Sequence record: MT135025.1
Reading direction: 5' to 3' (one strand)
Length of the DNA: 64,000 bases
Position 1 is the stretch's first letter. Every line of letters begins with the position of its first letter. The position numbers and the translations under genes are program-made. This document shows positions 38,264 through 44,577 of this stretch, in pieces. The notes beneath the pieces are model-generated. The model worked only from the letters and a program-made list of their open reading frames with translations, was not told the DNA's origin and searched no databases.

Positions 38264-38452
38264 TTACAACGTAAACTGCTCGACTTTACAAGAGTCAACA
38301 TCGTCAAACTTTTCGATTCGTCTAGCTAACATTTTAGCCTTTCGCTCAATCGAACGATCTTCGTAACCGAATTCAGATTTGTTATTGTCACAAGCTAATG
38401 CGCTCGACTTGACAACAGTCGAATCATTCATTACCATCACTAGTCTGTACAT
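38264..38452 (-). CDS. Hypothetical protein
   Basis: GAGGTG RBS. Confidence 0.6.
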   Translation of the reverse strand: MYRLVMVMNDSTVVKSSALACDNNKSEFGYEDRSIERKAKMLARRIEKFDDVDSCKVEQFTL

Positions 38453-38468
38453 AAACACCTCTGATAAT

Positions 38469-38542
38469 TGGCAGGGACATAGAGATTCGAACTCTAACGA
38501 ACGGGTTTGGAATCCGTCATGCTGCCTTTACATCATGTCCCT
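38469..38542 (-). tRNA. tRNA-Trp(CCA)
   Basis: Cloverleaf, CCA. Confidence 0.9.
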
Positions 38543-38548
38543 AAAATT

Positions 38549-38622
38549 TGGTAGCCCCAGACAGACTCGAACTGTCAACGTGCGATTATCGGTCGCGTGT
38601 TTTACCGTTAAACTATGGAGCT
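38549..38622 (-). tRNA. tRNA-Ile(GAU)
   Basis: Cloverleaf; loop CCGAUAA (C33). Confidence 0.85.
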
Positions 38623-38686
38623 AAAGTGAGCACATTACAGTGCTCGTGTTAATCGGTTAAGCGACTAAACTTCCCGGTTAACTAAT

Positions 38687-38785
38687 TGGCGGAAGACTAG
38701 GGATTCGAACCCTAACATCACCTCCCGGTGACCGACGGTTTTCAAGACCGTTGCCGCTACCCAGAATCTTTCGGCTAAGCCTTCC
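38687..38785 (-). tRNA. tRNA-Ser(UGA) with enlarged D loop
   Basis: Long variable arm; D loop AAAGAUUCUGGGUA. Confidence 0.85.
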
Positions 38786-38792
38786 ATTAATT

Positions 38793-38869
38793 TGGTTGCG
38801 TGGGGCTGGATTCGAACCAGCGTTCTCCGGCTTATGAGACCGACGAGATGACCACTTCTCTACCCCGCA
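38793..38869 (-). tRNA. tRNA-Met(CAU), initiator-like
   Basis: GCGGGGUAGAGAAG..UCGUCGG body; one bulged acceptor nucleotide. Confidence 0.8.
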
Positions 38870-38879
38870 ATTATTCAAC

Positions 38880-38963
38880 AGCTTGCGTTCTTTGGTCTGT
38901 TTATCGCTGTCTGAGTACTCGTCTAGCGATCAATAGATTAAGTTGAATTGCAGTATGCAAGCT
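38880..38963 (-). ncRNA. Minimal Y-like RNA Y3
   Basis: AGCUUGC/GCAAGCU stem + AUA CUGCAA; inner AUCGCU/AGCGAU helix. Confidence 0.6.
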
Positions 38964-38968
38964 AAAAC

Positions 38969-39054
38969 TGGTGGAGCGTAGAGGAATCGAACCTCTCTAC
39001 CCGTTAAGGGTCAGGGATTTACAGTCCCCTGTCTCACCTTGAGACGTACGCTCC
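38969..39054 (-). tRNA. tRNA-Tyr(GUA)
   Basis: Cloverleaf with variable arm, CCA. Confidence 0.9.
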
Positions 39055-39060
39055 AGAATA

Positions 39061-39135
39061 TGGTTCTCCCGACGAGATTCGAACTCGCGCACTTCACCTT
39101 GAAAGGGTGATGACCTACCGTTAGTCCACGGGAGA
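39061..39135 (-). tRNA. tRNA-Glu(UUC)
   Basis: Cloverleaf, CCA. Confidence 0.92.
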
Positions 39136-39198
39136 ATTAAATTGTATATTGATTTGCAAGCTATTTAACTCGCAAAGCGATACACAATGTATCTAATT

Positions 39199-39275
39199 TG
39201 GTACGCCGCCCTGGACTCGAACCAGACACCTGAGAGTTAAAAGCTCCCTGCTCTTCCATGATGAGCTACCGACGC
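39199..39275 (-). tRNA. tRNA-Lys(UUU) 1
   Basis: Cloverleaf, CCA. Confidence 0.9.
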
Positions 39276-39286
39276 ATTATAAAATC

Positions 39287-39361
39287 TGGTGGGTCGCATG
39301 AGATTCGAACTCACACCGGTCTGGTTAAAAGCCAGATGTACTACCGTTATACGAACGACCC
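39287..39361 (-). tRNA. tRNA-Lys(UUU) 2
   Basis: Cloverleaf, CCA. Confidence 0.9.
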
Positions 39362-39367
39362 AGAATG

Positions 39368-39442
39368 TGGTGCACCCCCTCGGAATCGAACCGAGCACTG
39401 CGGGACTTCAATCCGCCGCTTTTCCTGATAAGCTAAGGGTGC
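39368..39442 (-). tRNA. tRNA-Phe(GAA)
   Basis: Cloverleaf; loop UUGAAGU. Confidence 0.85.
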
Positions 39443-39443
39443 A

Positions 39444-39520
39444 TGGTACGCATGAAGAGATTCGAACTCTTATCATTCGGCTTCTAAGACCGACGCCTCT
39501 GCCAATTGGGCTACATGCGC
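39444..39520 (-). tRNA. tRNA-Leu(UAG)
   Basis: Cloverleaf, CCA. Confidence 0.9.
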
Positions 39521-39545
39521 ATTAAATTTTGTAAACTTCTTTTCT

Positions 39546-39576
39546 TCATTGTACATGATGTTTATATCGTTGTAAA
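39546..39576 (-). promoter_or_regulatory. T4-like early promoter within the RNA cluster
   Basis: GTTTAC-N18-TACAAT. Confidence 0.6.
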
Positions 39577-39739
39577 CATCTTTTTGAAATATTTTGAAGA
39601 ACTTAACGTTTTCATTTCTATGTGTTAATATTAACACTCACTCAAGACATCTTAAACACTAATTTGTGAAAAAGTTCGTTAAATTCTATCATCACGACAG
39701 TACTTAACGAGATACGGTCCTAAGCGTATCATATAAATT

Positions 39740-39863
39740 CAGAATGGTGAGACTTGAACTCACTTCGAGTAATAGCGTAAACTAACAGTTGTTGCCAGAG
39801 GCTATCAATTATTCTCTACCGAGTATGTTGCAACTCTGCATTTCCCCATTTCTAGGCATTCTG
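39740..39863 (-). ncRNA. tRNA-body chimera C1 (expanded anticodon arm, no CCA)
   Basis: CAGAAUG/CAUUCUG acceptor, GUGAG-UUCAAGU-CUCAC T arm, insert with AGAG/CUCU then GGCAAC. Confidence 0.6.
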
Positions 39864-39868
39864 AAATA

Positions 39869-39944
39869 TGGCACCCAATACAAGATTCGAACTTGTAACC
39901 TTCGCCTTCGTAGGGCGCTGCTCTTCCAATTGAGCTAATCGGGC
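39869..39944 (-). tRNA. tRNA-Arg(ACG)
   Basis: Cloverleaf, CCA. Confidence 0.92.
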
Positions 39945-39952
39945 ATTAAAAC

Positions 39953-40029
39953 TGGTCCGTGACAAGCGATTCGAACGCTTAACTTCTCCGCCCCAAACGG
40001 AGTACTCTACCAGATTGAGCTAGTCACGG
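39953..40029 (-). tRNA. tRNA-Pro(UGG) 1
   Basis: Cloverleaf, CCA. Confidence 0.9.
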
Positions 40030-40038
40030 ATTTTAAAT

Positions 40039-40112
40039 TGGTCGGGACGAAGAGACTCGAACTCTTACCACATGCTCCCAAAGCATGAACGCTGCCTTTA
40101 CGCCACGTCCCG
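40039..40112 (-). tRNA. tRNA-Pro(UGG) 2
   Basis: Cloverleaf, CCA. Confidence 0.9.
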
Positions 40113-40187
40113 TTTGTTCTTTAACTTTGTTTATCATACTCTGCATTCAAAGTACGTTAAACAAAATTTTTTGATTTCCTTCGCCCA

Positions 40188-40213
40188 TAAAAAAGGACGC
40201 TACGTGCGTCCTC
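40188..40213 (-). terminator. Terminator
   Basis: aggacgc-acgta-gcgtcct + T6 on the minus strand. Confidence 0.75.
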
Positions 40214-40481
40214 AAGTATACTTCTATGTTATACTATTGGACTACGTTTGTGGAGACCACTCTTGTTTCGCACACGGATTCGCTAGATACACGAATTCTG
40301 AGCGCAGAAAATCGCTGCGTAAAATCATATCAGAATGTGTATTCGAATGTGTCATGGAAACTCTCTAAACGTTAAAATAAAAATGTTTTTGTTTGTATAA
40401 TAGTACTTATAACACCAATTTTGACGATTTGCGGTATTTTCGCAGAAAATTGAAAAAAAAATTCAACTTTCTGCGATTTTC

Positions 40482-40715
40482 TTATCGACCTAGGTGTTTT
40501 CGCTTGTTCATTTCAACAAGAATTTCATCGTTGTAATGGCGGTTCAGTTCAACATACTTCTTGTGTTGATCTGAAGTCAACTCGTTAGTGTCATTCAGAT
40601 GCTTCAAGAACCCAAGAGGTTTGCGAAACGACTTGCGATATTCGTTCAGACGCTCGTCCGTTAGATTATGCAGTTGTTTCGGAGTCAGTAAAGTTTTATT
40701 GATGTCAAAACTCAT
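40482..40715 (-). CDS. Hypothetical protein
   Basis: GAGGT RBS before MSFDINK. Confidence 0.7.
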   Translation of the reverse strand: MSFDINKTLLTPKQLHNLTDERLNEYRKSFRKPLGFLKHLNDTNELTSDQHKKYVELNRHYNDEILVEMNKRKHLGR

Positions 40716-40740
40716 GTTGTACCTCACTTGTTATTAAAAT

Positions 40741-40856
40741 TGGTAGTCGGGGCTGGATTCGAACCAGCGACCACGTGCTTAACAGGCAATTGAAGGAGTG
40801 CTGGAGCGATACTTGTCAGTATCATTCTTCGTGCTCTACCACTGAGCTACCCGACT
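40741..40856 (-). ncRNA. tRNA-Asn(GUU) body with a 41-nt insert in the anticodon stem (C2)
   Basis: Removing the insert gives CGUGC-CUGUUAA-GCACG; insert has GAUACU-GACA-AGUAUC + CAGCAC. Confidence 0.8.
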
Positions 40857-40861
40857 ATGAA

Positions 40862-41383
40862 TTATTTAACTTTGAACTTCAAATTACGCCAGTCAAAGTT
40901 TCGTTTGTTCTTTGTGCTATAGAACGTGCCCCAATCAATAGCAATAGGACAGTTCTTACTCCCCACACGAGCGATAAAGACATCGTGAGTCTCGCTGTAA
41001 CGCTCTCTAAGCTCTTTTACGCGCTTATCGTAGTTAGCGATATACTCTGCACAAGCTTTGTTGTAATCAGCTTTAGAGAAGCGTTCATTGCTTGCAAAGA
41101 CACGCCCGAGGTACGGTCGAATAACACGCACTCGCTCTTTAGACCAGCCCATACTGAAGCTGTTTTCAATCTCGCCAGTGATTTTACCAGTCTTCTTACA
41201 TCTAGCAAGAATAACCCAACAACGCTCACGTCGAAAATCTTTTCGTACGTACACGTTAACGTGCTTGTCAATGTACTCTTGGTAACGAGCGTTATACTCA
41301 GCACGCAGTTTATTGCGTACTTCAGGAGACATTGCAGCGCGTTCTTCTTTCGAAAACGCTTGTGCGAATTTCAATGGTTTCAT
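40862..41383 (-). CDS. Hypothetical basic protein
   Basis: GAGGA RBS before MKPLKF. Confidence 0.8.
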   Translation of the reverse strand: MKPLKFAQAFSKEERAAMSPEVRNKLRAEYNARYQEYIDKHVNVYVRKDFRRERCWVILARCKKTGKITGEIENSFSMGWSKERVRVIRPYLGRVFASNERFSKADYNKACAEYIANYDKRVKELRERYSETHDVFIARVGSKNCPIAIDWGTFYSTKNKRNFDWRNLKFKVK

Positions 41384-41396
41384 TATAATTTCCTCT

Positions 41397-41636
41397 TGGC
41401 GCCGCTCGTGTGAATCGAACACACGTCAAACACAACACCTCGTCCACCCGATTAGAGTTTCGAAGTAAGAGCTAATCAGCATTTCGGAGCAGTCGAGCGT
41501 TATTTCTACGAGTGAGCTTTCGACAACTCACACGCACTTTCTACTCGGTCCCAGTGATTCGGTACCAACACAGGTTGCGAACCTATGTCTGCACTAATGT
41601 TGGGAAAACACTGCGTATTGTACACCAGTTAGCGGC
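41397..41636 (-). ncRNA. 240-nt tmRNA-shaped RNA with tRNA-like ends
   Basis: GCCGCU/AGCGGC acceptor, GUGUG-UUCGAUU-CACAC T arm, G-CCA end; ~190-nt multi-hairpin interior. Confidence 0.7.
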
Positions 41637-41643
41637 ATTTTAT

Positions 41644-41874
41644 TTAAAGATAGCTGTCAAATACATCATCATCAACTTCTTCAATATTGATGTCAGCGTA
41701 ACATTCATTCGCAATTGCTTGAATTTCATCTATTGAAACTGTACCTGAGTACAAAACAACAGCGTCATCCGGAATCACAACATCACACATGTATTTGTTA
41801 AACATTGCAGTTCTGAAATCAGAATCAACAGAGTAACCGTGCATTGATGTGATAACTAGCAATTTATGTGACAT
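41644..41874 (-). CDS. Hypothetical protein
   Basis: TTGACA-N17-TAGTAT promoter, GAGGA RBS. Confidence 0.75.
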   Translation of the reverse strand: MSHKLLVITSMHGYSVDSDFRTAMFNKYMCDVVIPDDAVVLYSGTVSIDEIQAIANECYADINIEEVDDDVFDSYL

Positions 41875-41951
41875 AATGTTTTCCTCGTGTAGTTGATAAT
41901 GTGTATACTACACGTTGATGAAACGCCTGTCAACAACTTTTTCAATTTTTT

Positions 41952-42028
41952 TGGTAGCCCCTCTCGGATTCGAACCGAGAACCTGACGATTATGAGTCGT
42001 CTGCTACTACCGTTACAGCTAAGGGGCT
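41952..42028 (-). tRNA. tRNA(CAU), Ile2-like
   Basis: GCCCCUUAGCU...GACUCAUAAUCG resembles lysidine tRNA-Ile2. Confidence 0.85.
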
Positions 42029-42395
42029 ATCGTTCTAGAAATCGACCGACTTTAGCAGCGAAGATGTTTGCTTCTTCTGCAATCAAAGCAGTTGATTTCA
42101 TTTGATGAAAAGCGTCTTGTTGATGCAGGACATCTAGTTTACCAGCGCATTTCATCAGTTCTTTTACTGATTGCATAATCTCAATGTTATCAATCTGACT
42201 CGTGTCAGGGTGATGGTTGAGACTATCCAAGATAGGGAGTACTTGTTGATAGTAACCCATGCCGATGAAGTTTATCATAAGTCTGTACTGCATTTCAACA
42301 GCAAATGTACAATATTTTCGAAGATTGCGTTTTACAATCTCACAACGATGCAAGATACAATCAAGCTCGTCATTTATGTCATCAAACTTATTCAT
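42027..42395 (-). CDS. Hypothetical protein
   Basis: GAGG RBS before MNKFDD. Confidence 0.7.
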   Translation of the reverse strand: MNKFDDINDELDCILHRCEIVKRNLRKYCTFAVEMQYRLMINFIGMGYYQQVLPILDSLNHHPDTSQIDNIEIMQSVKELMKCAGKLDVLHQQDAFHQMKSTALIAEEANIFAAKVGRFLER

Positions 42396-42409
42396 AAAAC
42401 CTCGAAAAT

Positions 42410-42533
42410 TGGTGGAGAGTGATGGATTTGAACCACCGACCAAAAGATTTACCTAGTTATTAAGGTTTGCAGCATGAATGCTTGTCAGTATTCTTTAACA
42501 TTCTTTTGCTCTACCAGACTGAGCTAACTCTCC
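42410..42533 (-). ncRNA. tRNA-body chimera C3 (anticodon loop replaced by motif domain, CCA present)
   Basis: AAAGA/UCUUU stem encloses GAAU-ACUGACAAGC-AUUC + AUG CUGCAA. Confidence 0.75.
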
Positions 42534-42543
42534 AGAATTTGAG

Positions 42544-42654
42544 GGTGAAGTACAGGACTCGAACCTGCGACCTCCGGCGTGCAATACATGCAGCATGAAA
42601 TCTTAACAGATTTCTTTTTAGGCCGGCATTCTAACCAACTGAACTAACTTCACC
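42544..42654 (-). ncRNA. tRNA-Asp-like body chimera C4
   Basis: CCGGC/GCCGG stem encloses GAAAUCU-GUUA-AGAUUUC + AUG CUGCAU. Confidence 0.75.
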
Positions 42655-42664
42655 AATGTAAAAA

Positions 42665-42802
42665 CATATAGTTGCGGGTGTAGGATTCGAACCTACATCA
42701 CGATCTTATGAATGATATGCGAAATTGGTTGCCGTACAGATTCTTATCAGAATCAGTTTTGTGCTACGTGTGCTACCACTTACACCAACCCGCAACTATA
42801 TG
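42665..42802 (-). ncRNA. tRNA-body chimera C5 (CAU loop retained, extended acceptor stem)
   Basis: Insert GAUUCU-GAUA-AGAAUC + UGUA CGGCAA; ~15-bp terminal helix, no CCA. Confidence 0.75.
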
Positions 42803-42869
42803 CTTTCGGGATGCTTACGCAGGTTCTTCTCTACGTAAGCACAGATCCTCAATGTATATTTTGCCTTAG

Positions 42870-43025
42870 CTAATCACAACACAACCCAATATCGTGCGCT
42901 TTAATTACGGGATTGATGACCCGTTCGCATGTGATTAGCGTAAAAGTATGATTACGCACCTTTTCTTCTTCAATGTCCAAGGCAAAGAGGACTATGAATA
43001 CCAGTGCGAGAAGATATACAATCAA
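42870..43025 (-). CDS. Small membrane protein
   Basis: GAGG RBS + TTG start; N-terminal hydrophobic stretch. Confidence 0.45.
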   Translation of the reverse strand: MIVYLLALVFIVLFALDIEEEKVRNHTFTLITCERVINPVIKAHDIGLCCD

Positions 43026-43048
43026 ATTGCTCACCTCGCTTAATAAGT

Positions 43049-43195
43049 GAGAGTACATTGGTCGAGTGTAACGGAATCGAACCGTTCCCACGATCTCCCT
43101 ATGATATGCGTAAATTGGTTGCTGAATATAATCATGTCTGATTACAGTATGCTACGTGTGCTGCCACTACACCAACACTCGACCAATATACTCTC
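43049..43195 (-). ncRNA. tRNA-body chimera C6 (paralogue of C5, extended acceptor stem)
   Basis: Insert UAAUC..GAUUA + UUCAGCAACCAAUUU; ~20-bp terminal helix. Confidence 0.75.
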
Positions 43196-43200
43196 GATAT

Positions 43201-43344
43201 TTTAAATGTGCGCTACTTGCACGCCGACTGAGCGAATTTTAACTCAGCTAGTTTTTGTTTGAGACATCGTCCGCTAAGACTATTCTCTGCATGCCAGAAC
43301 TTATACTGGCTCTATGTATTCATTTCGGCTAACGCACATTTAAA
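43201..43344 (-). ncRNA. Unidentified ~144-nt structured RNA
   Basis: 12-bp terminal stem UUUAAAUGUGCG/CGCACAUUUAAA; GCCAG..CUGGC and CUGAG..CUCAG hairpins. Confidence 0.55.
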
Positions 43345-43349
43345 ATATT

Positions 43350-43583
43350 ACTCATCTTCAGAGAAGAGACAGAAACGATGAGTCTAGTCTGTTTAATCAA
43401 TGTTGTTCATCTTCAAGAAGAGGCGAGAACGATGAACTTAGCTCGCTTAATCAATTGTGTTAATCTTATCAGCTTCTCAGCGAAAGTCAACATCTTTTTT
43501 CAAATATTTCATCGAGTTGAAAGTTTGTTTTCTGTCTCTCGACTCGATGAAATACATTCTACATCCTTTTCAGATGAAGTCAA
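43350..43583 (-). promoter_or_regulatory. Tandem promoters and structured leader of the RNA operon
   Basis: TTGACT-N16-TAGAAT (43583-43556), TTGACT-N16-TAAGAT (43490-43463); three leader hairpins. Confidence 0.7.
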
Positions 43584-43599
43584 CAACTATTTTAACTTT

Positions 43600-43854
43600 T
43601 TAAACGGAAATGATAATGCCGCTTTCAGTCTCACCTCGTTCAAGCGCAGCGTGCTTGATCTGAAGTTGTGATACTGCTTGCTGAAGTTCAATAATAGCTT
43701 TGTCATAAAGCTTGTTGTTCTCTTTAAGCAAAGCAATCTGATCGGTCTGCATACCAATGATGTACGTTAGTAGAACAACGTTCTCATCAGTCGTCAGCGT
43801 TTCAGGCGCTTCATTGTACTTCTTCAGCACCGCTTCGGTAGATAGATCAGTCAT
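43600..43854 (-). CDS. Coiled-coil hypothetical protein
   Basis: Coupled to 57B. Confidence 0.7.
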   Translation of the reverse strand: MTDLSTEAVLKKYNEAPETLTTDENVVLLTYIIGMQTDQIALLKENNKLYDKAIIELQQAVSQLQIKHAALERGETESGIIISV

Positions 43855-44302
43855 TATTAGCAACCCATTCTAGATCTAATGGTTCGATATATTCATCGAC
43901 AAGGCGAACCTCTGTATTGATGAACATAGGGGTGATTACGTCGTCATAAGACAATGTGACGTGCGGAGTATAGTCAGGGTAATCGTGAGTACCACCGATA
44001 GAGATAAGGTCTTCGTGACGTTCTACAAGAGCAGGACATGACATCTTAGCAACGACCGCGTGTTTACCGTCTTGCGTTTTCCAACAGTCAACTTGTTCAA
44101 CAGTGGCAACGAAAGTGGTATCTACAACAGGCACATCAATTTGCTTACGACTATAAAGCACAGTCACGTGAAATTTATCTGGATCTAACGGATTTTTTAG
44201 ACGAAGCGTTTTTTGCAAGCGAACTAGCTCTTGCTTACTTGCTTCGTCTAATTTGATACCAACGTAAGTTCCCTGACTCTCAAGGAACTTAGATAGTTTC
44301 AT
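43847..44302 (-). CDS. 57B: 2H phosphoesterase gp57B / Acb1-like anti-CBASS nuclease
   Basis: Two HxT motifs (FHVTVLYS, PHVTLSY); T4 synteny. Confidence 0.88.
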   Translation of the reverse strand: MKLSKFLESQGTYVGIKLDEASKQELVRLQKTLRLKNPLDPDKFHVTVLYSRKQIDVPVVDTTFVATVEQVDCWKTQDGKHAVVAKMSCPALVERHEDLISIGGTHDYPDYTPHVTLSYDDVITPMFINTEVRLVDEYIEPLDLEWVANND

Positions 44303-44568
44303 TATTCAGCTTCTTTCTCTTTTTCGCCGTCGCCTTCTACAGGGCGTTCAGCTTTACCGGTTAGATAAGCGACTTCATCAACATAGTTCTGTAGAGAACT
44401 TGCTTTTTCTTGATCGAAGTCTAGCAGTTGAGCTAGTACACCAACGAATTGACCAAATGAATTGCGTTCAGCTTGAAGTGCTTCTTGCAAGTCAAATGTA
44501 CGAACTTTCAGATCTTTGATTTGCGCTTCTTTCTGTTCGATTACTTGTTCTGGAGTTTGTTGTGACAT
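44302..44568 (-). CDS. 57A: Tail-fibre assembly chaperone
   Basis: LKVRTFDLQE coiled coil; synteny between genes 1 and 57B. Confidence 0.75.
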   Translation of the reverse strand: MSQQTPEQVIEQKEAQIKDLKVRTFDLQEALQAERNSFGQFVGVLAQLLDFDQEKASSLQNYVDEVAYLTGKAERPVEGDGEKEKEAE

Positions 44569-44577
44569 TTCTTCACC

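Noticed and set aside
41397-41636. Canonical tmRNA (ssrA)
   Set aside because: No G3:U70, G discriminator, no ANDENYA-like tag ending in hydrophobic AA, and shorter than typical; reported as tmRNA-shaped only.
39740-43195. Group I/II self-splicing introns as the explanation for the tRNA inserts
   Set aside because: Inserts are only ~40-60 nt and lack recognisable catalytic-core motifs; protein-dependent excision is not excluded.
34600-43671. ORFs called across the RNA cluster (34600-34797, 34813-35025, 35459-35674, 36959-37219, 38678-38878, 40775-41413, 43378-43671 etc.)
   Set aside because: They overlap tRNAs or structured RNAs, lack RBSs and look non-protein-like.
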